Virus record (IMG/VR): IMGVR_UViG_3300046490_000039
Span: 33,903 to 97,902 of that record
DNA: 64,000 bases
DNA from: a virus
Lineage: Duplodnaviria; Caudoviricetes
Strand: one strand, 5' to 3'
Of the stretch, positions 37,832 through 47,043 are shown in pieces (position 1 is the stretch's first letter; every line of letters begins with the position of its first letter). The position numbers and the translations under genes were made by a program. A model generated the notes under the pieces. It was given only the letters and a program-made list of their open reading frames with translations. It was not told where the DNA came from and ran no database searches.

Positions 37832-39553
37832 TCAGGGAGCCGTGGGACCAGTCGGGCCAGCGCAGGTGCGGAGGGCCGAGGCGTCGGGAGCGCCAGCGCC
37901 GTTCGGGGTGATGTCCGAGACCACTGCGAGCGACTCGACGGCACCGACCTGAGCGACGGCCGAGAACTCTTCCATCCAGATCTGGTAGTCGTTCTGGCTG
38001 TTGAGGGTCGAGTCACGGACCAGGCCGAGGTCGAGCACGCCGTTGTCCAGGAAGATCCACTGACCTTCGGGGAACAGGAACCAGCGCACCTGGCACGGGT
38101 AGGTGTTCAGCACGCCACCGGCCACCGGGCCAGTGAGCTGTGCGTCCTGGGCGATGGTGTCCTGGGTCCAGATCGGGCTGACGCCACGGAGACGCAGCCA
38201 GTCTTCGATCTGGGCATCCGAGATGCTGTAGCGGTTGAGGCCGTCACCGGGGTGCTGGGCAGCGATGTCGTTCTTGAGGACCGACTTCAGCCAGAACGGA
38301 GCGACGAAGCGCAGGTTGACCGTACCGGCGATACGGTAGCGGGCACGGAAGCTGTCCACTGCGAAGCCGATCTGCTCCAGGGTGGAGAAGGCGGCACCGT
38401 AGGTCTGGTTGCCGTGCATGTGGGTCGAACCGGCGTTGATGGCCGACAGAAGCTCCTGCTCCTGGTAGCGAGCGAACTCGACTCGGCTGAGCTTCAGCCA
38501 GGCCTCGACCTGCTCGGGGTAGGTACGGCTGCCCATGTTGCCGAAGGTCAGACAGTTTGACACTGCCTGCACGACGGCGGTAGACTCCGTGCCACACGTG
38601 ACGTGGAGGCAGGGCTTCGGGGCGGTCGAGCCAGCGGGCGACTGATTCGTGTAGCCAGCCGCATCCTGAGCGGCCGTGGTCCGACGAGTCGAGCCACTGA
38701 GATCGCTCAGCTTGGGCGGGGTGACGAAGCGGATACCGCCACGGTCAGCCTTGAAGGACGGGAGGCCGTCACGCAGCGGACGTACGACATCGCCGTAGGT
38801 CTGGAGGTTGTACCAGGGCGTCAGGGGGGCGCAGAGACCACCCGAAGCGATGATCGCCTGGGTGCTCGTGACCGACTCGACACGGGAGGTGTTGACCACC
38901 ACGTCGTCACCGAGGATGCGATCCTCGGGGTACTCGGCCTCGATCGAGGCGACGAGGAAACGAGCGCCGCTCGTGACATCGGCCGCACGGGTGTCGGGGT
39001 GACGGTTGATGAGCGCCTTGGCGACATCGTTCCAGCCGGGAACTTCCTGGCCCGAACGGAAGCCACGCACGTCGGCGGCGATCTTGGCGAGGGGCTTCGA
39101 TGCGGAAGCGGTTACGGCGGGCTTGTCGCCCTGGAGACCGACCGGCGAGATGACGACCTCGGGCTGAACTTCAGCGGCGGCCTCTTCCTTCTCGGCGGCG
39201 TCTTCGGCGTCGGCTTCTGCGGCCTGCTTGGCCGGATCGCCCTTCTCGCCCTTCTTGAAGGGAACGAACTTGCCAGCGAAGGTCTCGCCCTGCACGTCCC
39301 CGATGAAGGCGTCGTCGGCAGCCAGCTCGACACGCTTGGCCATCTCGGCCCTGACTTCAGTCACGACCTCCTTGATGGCTGCGAGTTCCGCAACGTCGTC
39401 CGAGCTTGCGGCCGAGGCACGCTTCTCACGGTATTCAGCAACCAGGAGCGACTCAAACTTGACGATCTCGTCGTTGTCCAGAGCGCCTAGGTCGATCTCA
39501 AATTGCTCATCGCCTTCGGCGGTGGCGTCCAGGTCCTTGTCTTCCGTAGTCAT
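37832..39553 (-). CDS. major capsid (hexamer) protein with N-terminal scaffold-like region
   Basis: IASGGLCAP...RGGIRF...KPC...CLTFGN...YPE...LDLGLVRDSTLNSQNDY. Confidence 0.9.
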   Translation of the reverse strand: MTTEDKDLDATAEGDEQFEIDLGALDNDEIVKFESLLVAEYREKRASAASSDDVAELAAIKEVVTEVRAEMAKRVELAADDAFIGDVQGETFAGKFVPFKKGEKGDPAKQAAEADAEDAAEKEEAAAEVQPEVVISPVGLQGDKPAVTASASKPLAKIAADVRGFRSGQEVPGWNDVAKALINRHPDTRAADVTSGARFLVASIEAEYPEDRILGDDVVVNTSRVESVTSTQAIIASGGLCAPLTPWYNLQTYGDVVRPLRDGLPSFKADRGGIRFVTPPKLSDLSGSTRRTTAAQDAAGYTNQSPAGSTAPKPCLHVTCGTESTAVVQAVSNCLTFGNMGSRTYPEQVEAWLKLSRVEFARYQEQELLSAINAGSTHMHGNQTYGAAFSTLEQIGFAVDSFRARYRIAGTVNLRFVAPFWLKSVLKNDIAAQHPGDGLNRYSISDAQIEDWLRLRGVSPIWTQDTIAQDAQLTGPVAGGVLNTYPCQVRWFLFPEGQWIFLDNGVLDLGLVRDSTLNSQNDYQIWMEEFSAVAQVGAVESLAVVSDITPNGAGAPDASALRTCAGPTGPTAP

Positions 39554-39583
39554 AGATCCATTGTGCCAGAGACAGAATCACTC

Positions 39584-40051
39584 CTATGACACAATCGAAC
39601 TTCTACGGTGGTACCAGGATCTGGCATTGTCCTTAGCGCACTGACGACAGCGACGAGCAACTGATTGATGGTTATTGGGTGGAGGAACATACAGGTTAGT
39701 TCCAGAATACGGGTGCCCTTGCGGGCAGTGCGTCTTGATGGCGTTGAGCTGCCACGCCATTCCCTCCACATTCTCCGTGACGTTGACACGCTGCGTCACG
39801 GTCCTCAAGTGATTGATGTTGCAGCAGGATCGGTTGCGGCAGGTGTGATCAACTACGAGGTCCTTCGGGATGATGCCATGATGGTGCTCGTACACGAGAC
39901 GGTGGGCGGAGTGCTGAACGCCATCGACTTTCACCTGGATATAGCCTTTACCGTTAGGCACCTTTGGCGAAACTACGCACCCGGTAACGATGTGCGGCGG
40001 CCAGCTCTCCAGCTACTCAACAGCCCCCATTCCATGCGGTATCCTGACCAT
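39584..40051 (-). pseudogene. HNH endonuclease with an in-frame TAG at codon 13 (intact ORF 39584-39961)
   Basis: AHRLVY...DHTCRNRSCCNINHL...KTHCPQGH; leaderless ATG at 40051; TAG at 40015-40013. Confidence 0.65.
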
Positions 40052-40084
40052 CTCACAATTGTAGCGCTGGCGCTACAGATTCGG

Positions 40085-42256
40085 TCAGATCGGTGAGAGA
40101 ACGTCCAGGTCCATGAGCGACAACTGAATCTCGTACGCCATCGGCGTCGGGTCGTTGTCTTCCTTGCCCGAACCCTCGGGAAGGGTGGGCTTGCCAAGCG
40201 TGCGGTCGAGGAGGTTCTGCTCGTCGAGCGAGACACCCTTCAGGTATGCAGCGTACGACTGGACCTGCATCGAGATGCGGCTGCCCATCTGCGTCGTCTG
40301 ATTGGCGAGATCGTAGATGTCGCTGAACTTCTCATTGATTCCATTGAGGAAGTTCTGATCGAGATCTGTGGTCCATTCGATCGGACGGCCGTCACGGAAG
40401 GCAAAGCTATCGGCGGTCTTCTCGACCTTCTTCTTGGCCTTCTTGGCCTCTTCGATGCAGTCGGCGCAGTCGCCCACGCAGTCAGCGCAGGCCTCTTCGG
40501 TGTCGTCGCATCCGCAATCCTCTTCGACGGCGGAAGCGTTCACGGCCTCGGGCAGATCAGTGTCGCCCTCTTCCTTGTCCATGCTCTCGGCCCCCTCGAC
40601 CACGGACGCACGGAGCTGCCACGCCCACTTCTGGAACGTGTCGATTCGGTCGGCTACGAAGTTGGCCACACCCTGCTCGTCCGCACCGTTGGCGATGGCG
40701 AACGTCGCCTTGAGCGAACCGATCAGCTCCTCCAGCTTGGAGAGCAGAGCGGTGCCCATCGACTCGGGGGTCTCGCCGGGAATCGACTCGGTGATGGTGC
40801 GGAGCGCCATGAATTCATCGAGCGTGTACGGGGCCTCACCCTGAAGCTTGCGGATGTTCTCGGCGGTCGGGTCAATCGACTCGTAGAGATCGTCGTAGAT
40901 CTTGTTGAACAGCTCGTGGTAGGGCACGAAGTCGTCACCCTCCACGTTCCAGTGGAACCCGTGAGCCTGGTGGTACACCGTCACCGTGTTCGACAGTAGG
41001 ACCTTCAGTTGGTCGATCAGCTCTTGGGATGTTGCGGCTTCCACACTGGCTACAATACCAGCGGCAACGAGCGCCGTCTGAGCGCCAGCTACGATCGTGG
41101 AAGCGGCACGGGGTACGGGGAAGCCGGGGGTGTTGACGGCCAGTAGGCCGACCATCTCCAGCGAACCGTCGATGGCACGCCAGTCGCCGGACACGCCAGC
41201 GGCTCGGAGGTTGGCCACCTGTGCGTCGGTGGCGTCGGGAGCGATGACCCCAGCGAACCAGATACCGTGCTCGTCCTCTCCGGCCTTGACGTAGGCGGCA
41301 GCGAACCCGGTGTGGTCATAGTGTTCCTTGGCGGGCTGAGCGCCCATCTCCAGAGAGGCGTGTCCCGTGTTGGCGGTGATGCGGCCAACCGGCACGTGTG
41401 CACCCTCAGCGGTCAGCACCTCGCCCACGTTGAAGTAGGCGTAGTTCTTGTTGGATCGGGGCGGGGTGACGCAGCGGTCCTTGTAGCCGACGTGGCACGT
41501 ACCGAAGACGGCGGCGTGCCCGAAGACTCGCCCGTCGTCAGTGATCGTGAGCGGGGTGGGCCGGGCCAGGTTCGGATTCTTGAAGGCGGTGTCCGGTGGT
41601 GCCCAGCCTCGCTCGGCTGCGGCCGTGAGCGCCTTCTTGTCGTTGGCCTTCTCTTCGGCGTCCTCTTCGGCGGGGGTCTCGTTCGCCTCCTCGGCGGGGG
41701 TCTCGTCCTCATCGTTGACCTCGGTCACCTTCCCGGCAGCGAACTGCGAGTCCGTACCATCGACGGCGATCTTCGTGTCATCGAACGACGAGTGGAGCAA
41801 CGCCGTCACTCCTAGAATAGTTCCCCTCGTGAACAGGCGCTTCACGCCCTCTGGCACTTCACTCTCCGCAAACTCGGAAGCGATCACTCCACCGACATCC
41901 GCCGATACATGGGAGATGACCCCCTCCCGGATCAACTTACGAGCTTCCTGACCCTCTTCATCTGAGCTGAAGTATCCTCGCCCGTAGACGTTTCCCCCGT
42001 CCTTCCAGATGGAGCAGATTGCGCCTACAGCGCTGGCGGTCTTGTGCTGACCCTCTGCGGTATTCGTCCGATTCAGGGTCAGGGGAATGGGCAGCTCACG
42101 CCAGCTAATTGATCCCTCAGCAAACATACGACCGTCTACGGTCGGATGATGGCTTTCTCCAAAGGATTCTTGGGCGATGAGCATCACGAAACTGCCCGCT
42201 GAGGCCTCAGGTTCGTACACGAAAGTGGGGGTCTCTTCCCCAACGATATCGGACAT
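40085..42256 (-). CDS. capsid maturation protease fused to a Dps/ferritin domain
   Basis: DGR...LPIPL...VG...SADV; GRVFGHAA...CHVG...GEDEHGIWFAG...SGDWR...VNTPGFP; then HWNVEG...H...D..AE. Confidence 0.85.
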   Translation of the reverse strand: MSDIVGEETPTFVYEPEASAGSFVMLIAQESFGESHHPTVDGRMFAEGSISWRELPIPLTLNRTNTAEGQHKTASAVGAICSIWKDGGNVYGRGYFSSDEEGQEARKLIREGVISHVSADVGGVIASEFAESEVPEGVKRLFTRGTILGVTALLHSSFDDTKIAVDGTDSQFAAGKVTEVNDEDETPAEEANETPAEEDAEEKANDKKALTAAAERGWAPPDTAFKNPNLARPTPLTITDDGRVFGHAAVFGTCHVGYKDRCVTPPRSNKNYAYFNVGEVLTAEGAHVPVGRITANTGHASLEMGAQPAKEHYDHTGFAAAYVKAGEDEHGIWFAGVIAPDATDAQVANLRAAGVSGDWRAIDGSLEMVGLLAVNTPGFPVPRAASTIVAGAQTALVAAGIVASVEAATSQELIDQLKVLLSNTVTVYHQAHGFHWNVEGDDFVPYHELFNKIYDDLYESIDPTAENIRKLQGEAPYTLDEFMALRTITESIPGETPESMGTALLSKLEELIGSLKATFAIANGADEQGVANFVADRIDTFQKWAWQLRASVVEGAESMDKEEGDTDLPEAVNASAVEEDCGCDDTEEACADCVGDCADCIEEAKKAKKKVEKTADSFAFRDGRPIEWTTDLDQNFLNGINEKFSDIYDLANQTTQMGSRISMQVQSYAAYLKGVSLDEQNLLDRTLGKPTLPEGSGKEDNDPTPMAYEIQLSLMDLDVLSPI

Positions 42257-42323
42257 GCTCCTAGCGTAACTCCCTACCGGCTACCCGAACGATATCACGA
42301 CCTTCCATGGTATAATTGTTCCT

Positions 42324-42923
42324 ATGAGGGTGTGCACGATGTGTTATACGAACACAACCGAAACTCTACACGGCGTTGCCCGCTGCCTCGATTGCCGTGA
42401 GCGTCAACGGATGAAGGACCGGACTCAAGGCAAACGAGATCGGCGTGCCAGAGCGCCCTTGACGGCGCAGACCTGCTCGTGTGGTAACACCTTCAGGGGG
42501 AGGCCCGGTGAAATAACGGAGTGCTCGGCATGCCGCCACAGGCGGTATGGAAAGAATCCTTGTCCCGTATGTAACACGCCAAAGCTGAAGCGCTCCGACC
42601 GATGCCGGTCATGCTCCAACCAGAGGAAACGTGACGAATCCAAGGGCCGAGCCTCCCTAGTAACCAAGGCGGGATATCGGCTCACTTGGTCTCCCTCTTC
42701 GTCCTGTACCACCAGATCCGGTTACGCCTTTGAGCACCGAGTAGTCATGGAGACAGCACTCGGTCGCCCGCTTCTCTCGCATGAGAACGTACACCACATC
42801 AACGGAATTCGGGATGACAACCGCATCGAGAACCTGGAGCTATGGTCAAAGAGCCAGCCGTCAGGACAGAGAGTTGCGGACAAGATTGCGTGGTGCCAGG
42901 AATTTCTGGCCCTCTACCGGTAG
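42324..42923 (+). CDS. HNH homing endonuclease with Zn ribbons
   Basis: EHRVVM...[21 protein letters not shown]. Confidence 0.9.
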   Translation: MRVCTMCYTNTTETLHGVARCLDCRERQRMKDRTQGKRDRRARAPLTAQTCSCGNTFRGRPGEITECSACRHRRYGKNPCPVCNTPKLKRSDRCRSCSNQRKRDESKGRASLVTKAGYRLTWSPSSSCTTRSGYAFEHRVVMETALGRPLLSHENVHHINGIRDDNRIENLELWSKSQPSGQRVADKIAWCQEFLALYR

Positions 42924-42925
42924 GG

Positions 42926-44332
42926 CTACGGCTCACGGACGATTACGGCCGGGAGCGGTTCCCCCTTGGCCAGGGCGGCAGCGGCTCGGTGGTGACCGGA
43001 CAGGATGATGTGCCGACCGGCCTTGTCCACGTACACGATCGGGAAAGCGTTGGTCGGTGAGCTGTGATCGGCAGAGGTTCGTCCGGTGCGCCGATAGTTG
43101 TCGCCCATGTAGTAGTCCATGTGGGTACGCACAAGGTTCGGCTGTGTGGCGTGGAGCAATCGAGGGTCGACGGACTGAATCCGTGGGTGCTCTAGCGCTC
43201 TCCGGATCAGCTCACGGTCAATCGGCTTCTGGTTCTTGGATCGTGGTGCTCGGGGCCACGGGGTCGTGGTGGTCGTCTGGCTGTGCCCGAATACACCCTC
43301 GGTGCCCTTCCCCCACGAGCGCTCGATGGACTGCACCGAGAGGGGCGTCAGGGTTGCCTTGTGCGCCGACCACGCTGCGTCAGCGTGCCCGCCGCTGATC
43401 CACCGGCCGTTCTTATCCCTAGGCTCGTCACGCCGGTAGAACTCGGCCATGAGCAGCGCTACCATGTCCTCGCTTGTAGCCGAGAGGTCCTCGGCGTCCG
43501 TGCTCAGCATCTCGACCGGTGACTCGACCACTGGACTTGACGCCGAGGAGGTGATGGTGATAGGCTCTGGCGCTCCGAAGTTCGGGATGTAGGGGACGAC
43601 CACGCAGGCGCATCCCCAGTGATCTCCCGGTCTGTAGTAGTCACTACGAATCCAACGGTCCTGAGGGGAGATCTGGAGCGCACGGTCATGCCAGTCGGTG
43701 AACACGAGTCCGTCCATCTGGAGGTGCCCGTTGAAGGTACGCCGAACGGTCTCGCCGTAGAGCCACATCTTCTGGTCCGTGGTGATGTTGTTGGCGGAGA
43801 GCACGCTGTGGAGCGTCTGACCGCCCGTCAGGCCCGTGGCGAGGGGTACCTCTGGCGGAGCGCCACCACCGAGCACGCCCAGGATCGGACGCACGTCACC
43901 GAACTGCACCTCGTAGGCGACAGGCGGCTTCAGTCCTGTACCGGGCACGTAGTCGTTGGCAAAGAAGAACTCACCGAAGGTCGGGGTAGTGCCCGCCTGC
44001 TTGCCGATGAGCGCCTTGAACATCTCGACGAACGTGTTGCGGGAGCGCTCGATCGAGTCCTTGACAATCGGGAAATACTGTGATAGGGGCAGCACGTCGA
44101 GACCGAACCCGTCCATGAGAGCGTTCACGTCTTCCCAGAGACTCATGGCCAGCGCCATGTACTCGGCCTCCATCGAGTCCGTAATGAAGCTCGCCGGATC
44201 GAACGCCGATGCGGTGACAGCGAGCGACGAGAGGTGGGACTGCATCAGGTCACGGAGCGATGTCATCGCTTTCGACTCGATGCGAGACAGCTCGTACTCA
44301 GTTGGGTCTACGGTCTTGATGTCCAGGGCCAT
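42926..44332 (-). CDS. MuF-like minor head protein with C-terminal ParB/Srx-like domain
   Basis: W.YG...R.F..H..MDG...PGDHWGCAC; EPRDKNGRW; ATQP...ILSGHHRAAA. Confidence 0.75.
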   Translation of the reverse strand: MALDIKTVDPTEYELSRIESKAMTSLRDLMQSHLSSLAVTASAFDPASFITDSMEAEYMALAMSLWEDVNALMDGFGLDVLPLSQYFPIVKDSIERSRNTFVEMFKALIGKQAGTTPTFGEFFFANDYVPGTGLKPPVAYEVQFGDVRPILGVLGGGAPPEVPLATGLTGGQTLHSVLSANNITTDQKMWLYGETVRRTFNGHLQMDGLVFTDWHDRALQISPQDRWIRSDYYRPGDHWGCACVVVPYIPNFGAPEPITITSSASSPVVESPVEMLSTDAEDLSATSEDMVALLMAEFYRRDEPRDKNGRWISGGHADAAWSAHKATLTPLSVQSIERSWGKGTEGVFGHSQTTTTTPWPRAPRSKNQKPIDRELIRRALEHPRIQSVDPRLLHATQPNLVRTHMDYYMGDNYRRTGRTSADHSSPTNAFPIVYVDKAGRHIILSGHHRAAAALAKGEPLPAVIVREP

Positions 44333-44342
44333 TAGGTCTAGC

Positions 44343-45965
44343 CTACTTGGTCTTGGAGTCTTGCGGCTTCCCTGGCTGCGCTCGACGCTGCGTGGGCAGG
44401 ACCGGTGGTGCGGCCTTCGGCCCTTGAGGGGCCTGGCCACGAGGGCCGTTCACGGTAGCGGGACCGGGCGGCCTTCCGGGCTTCGCCTGTCCGGCCTCGG
44501 CAGAGAGCTTGGCCTCTTCGGCGGGGTCCTTCAACGGGGCGGAGCCGCCCAGCTTGCCGGGGTCGTTGGCGGGCGGCTCGCCCGAGATGGCCATCTTGGG
44601 GTCAGCCACCTTGACGCCGACACGCTTGGCGTATTCCTTGTCGCTCGGGGCGTCGTCGTCAGAGTAGCCGTTCTCACGACGGAGAGCGGCGTCCGAGAGC
44701 ACCAGGCGATCGTGAAGGCCCAGGGCCTTGTCGGCCTTGTCGGGCAGGACGACCAGCTCGCTAGCGTCATACCAGACAATGATGTCGTCCGGGCTGTCAA
44801 CGCCAGCTTCCTTGAGCGCAGCCTGCACCTGCTCGGGGGTCATCCGGTCGATGGCCTGACGTAGGTACGTGCGGGTCAGGGCGTCAGCGATAAGCTGGAT
44901 GGCGGGCTTGATGTGGGCCTCGTAGGTGTCTTCCTTGATGGCCCAGGCGGTCCAGTGTGTGGCCTCGCCCACGCCGAGCATGATCTCTTTCGGGATCTCC
45001 AGCGTGTGGGCGACCTGCTCGATGGCCGTCTGGATCGAGGCGTTAGAGGCGGCCGTGTCGAACGAGCGGGCCATCTCCTCGTACTTGATCTTGTTGACGA
45101 CATCAGCCGGACCAATGAGCACGAGCGGCACAACAGCGGACGGATGGTTCTCGTCCTGGAGCGGTGCCATCATCGACTCAGCGAGCGCCTGATAGAGCGG
45201 ATTGCTCTGCATGGCGTCGGGGTTATTGCCCTGATTCTGCCATGCCGGAGGGACCAACTCTTGGGGAAGTGCAAGAATTCCAGACCCAGCCAACCGGCTA
45301 CGAGCGATGGCTCGTTCAGCCTTGTTGAGGGTAACGATCTTCTCCAATAGTTCCATTGCGGGCCGGGTGCTGGAGTCCGCCAGCTCTGAATACTCGGGGT
45401 GTTCCTTCCAGATACGGATCGTGAGCGCACCGTCCGGGAGGTTGGCGGGTGCGGCACCGGGTAGGCGGCGGCGCATGAATCGGCCAGAGGTACCAGCCGT
45501 GATCAACTCGGAGATCGACACGGCGTCCCACGACTGTACGACCTCACCGGTCGGCATGCTCTCGGCAGCGCCGACGAGCCAGACCTCACCGCACAGGAAG
45601 ACGTTGCGACCGACCTGACGGAGCAAGCCACTCTGTCCGCCACGGGGTGAGCGGATGTTCTTGACGGCATCCGAGAACGCACCCTTCTCGATGACCTCGG
45701 GAGGTGTGTGCGGCGCATCGGACGGTGGGCGACGGGCGGCGACCAGGCGCATCTTGGAGAGCGCCGAGCCGACGTAGTTCGTGGCGTACCAGAGGTGCCC
45801 TTCTGCGTCGTAGAGGCGGAAGGCCTTGTGCTGCCACTGCTGGCGCTGCAAGGCGAGCTGGGCTGCGTCAGAGTACGTGGAGACCCTGTACGTGGCACCA
45901 GAGCCAGCCACAGACGACAGGATCATCGGAGGCTGCGGAGCGGGCTTCTTAGAGAACAGACCCAT
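44343..45965 (-). CDS. portal protein
   Basis: WQ..A..YD..G, GE.WL, RIW..HP...ADS, SRLAGSGIL..PQE, HW.AW, VWYDAS.L. Confidence 0.88.
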   Translation of the reverse strand: MGLFSKKPAPQPPMILSSVAGSGATYRVSTYSDAAQLALQRQQWQHKAFRLYDAEGHLWYATNYVGSALSKMRLVAARRPPSDAPHTPPEVIEKGAFSDAVKNIRSPRGGQSGLLRQVGRNVFLCGEVWLVGAAESMPTGEVVQSWDAVSISELITAGTSGRFMRRRLPGAAPANLPDGALTIRIWKEHPEYSELADSSTRPAMELLEKIVTLNKAERAIARSRLAGSGILALPQELVPPAWQNQGNNPDAMQSNPLYQALAESMMAPLQDENHPSAVVPLVLIGPADVVNKIKYEEMARSFDTAASNASIQTAIEQVAHTLEIPKEIMLGVGEATHWTAWAIKEDTYEAHIKPAIQLIADALTRTYLRQAIDRMTPEQVQAALKEAGVDSPDDIIVWYDASELVVLPDKADKALGLHDRLVLSDAALRRENGYSDDDAPSDKEYAKRVGVKVADPKMAISGEPPANDPGKLGGSAPLKDPAEEAKLSAEAGQAKPGRPPGPATVNGPRGQAPQGPKAAPPVLPTQRRAQPGKPQDSKTK

Positions 45966-45966
45966 C

Positions 45967-46125
45967 TCAGCTCACCGGCCCGTTCAGGCGGTACAGGAGC
46001 GCCTCGGCTTCACCCGAAGGCACGGCGATCAGGTCGGGGGTAGGGGTGATCCATTCCCAGATCGTGGGGAGTCCGTAACTAACAACGGGGGTGACGGGCT
46101 TGGACCCGCAAGACGCACATGCCAT
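45967..46125 (-). CDS. small MACxxC protein
   Basis: MACASCGSK...; TAGGCT upstream. Confidence 0.5.
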   Translation of the reverse strand: MACASCGSKPVTPVVSYGLPTIWEWITPTPDLIAVPSGEAEALLYRLNGPVS

Positions 46126-46144
46126 CGTGGTGCTCAGCCTACCA

Positions 46145-46537
46145 TCAGGCGTGCTTGGATAGGAACCCGGAGCCGATGCGGGCGGCGTGTAGGAAAGCCA
46201 GTCCAATGATGGCTGTCGGCCACACAAGGTACAGTCCGAATTGAGCAATGGCGATCCACCAGCTTAGGCAATAGGGACAATAGAGCAGCTCGCCCCAGAA
46301 GGTTCCCTTCTGCACGTACCAGACGCCACCGGAGTAGACGCTGTAGCCACGCTTCGGTCGCTCCGTCTGATCAGAGAACCCTTCGTGGGGCCACTTGAGC
46401 AGGAACCAACGACGGGCGCTCTCGGTGATTGAGTCACGAGAGGCAAGCCGCCACCATCCGTACACGCCTACGACGAAGATCAGAGCGAGGAACGGGTTGG
46501 CAATCAGGGCAGCGAGAGCAACGGGGATAGTCGTCAT
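46145..46537 (-). CDS. DUF1360-like membrane protein
   Basis: RL..RDSIT...R...ELLYCPYCLSWW. Confidence 0.7.
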   Translation of the reverse strand: MTTIPVALAALIANPFLALIFVVGVYGWWRLASRDSITESARRWFLLKWPHEGFSDQTERPKRGYSVYSGGVWYVQKGTFWGELLYCPYCLSWWIAIAQFGLYLVWPTAIIGLAFLHAARIGSGFLSKHA

Positions 46538-46914
46538 CAAGAGTCCACCGTATCATCGAAGTCGAGATCCGGTTCGTCCAGCGTGGCGGCGGCCTCGGTC
46601 CTGCGGCGCTCCTGGAGCCTCTTCCTACGGTCTCTGCGCTCCACCCTCCGGCGCTCGATGGGGGTCATCCCACCGTACATGCCGAAGCGGATGCGGTGCT
46701 CCATTGCGTACTCTAGGCACGGGTCCTTCATGGGACACACGGAGCATATGGACCGAGCCGCTTCGTAGAAGTCAGTGGTGTCGCCATAACTCTCAAACAC
46801 CGTCCCGTCATCGAAGACTTGCTCTCCCTCTTCGGTCTCAAAGTCTGGGAACCATAGAGAGATATCAGCCCCCTTGCATAGGGCCTGGTCGGTAGTGATC
46901 AGGAGAAGACTCAA
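46537..46914 (-). CDS. WhiB-family transcription factor
   Basis: ALC...WFP...ICSVCPMKDPCLEYA...GMYGGMTPIERR. Confidence 0.92.
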   Translation of the reverse strand: MSLLLITTDQALCKGADISLWFPDFETEEGEQVFDDGTVFESYGDTTDFYEAARSICSVCPMKDPCLEYAMEHRIRFGMYGGMTPIERRRVERRDRRKRLQERRRTEAAATLDEPDLDFDDTVDS

Positions 46915-47043
46915 GGTGATACAAGGCTACCAGCCTGATCACTTTGGCGGTTCAGACGGGAGTTGTCAGCTTCAACCAGGTGATACCGTCACTGAACGTG
47001 AACCACAGCCAGAGATAGATGCGAATACAGGCGGTCCGAAGCA

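Noticed and set aside
39584-40051. Genome-wide TAG recoding
   Set aside because: Many genes (clpP, rIIA, rIIB, nrdJ, portal) end cleanly at TAG, and no suppressor tRNA is seen
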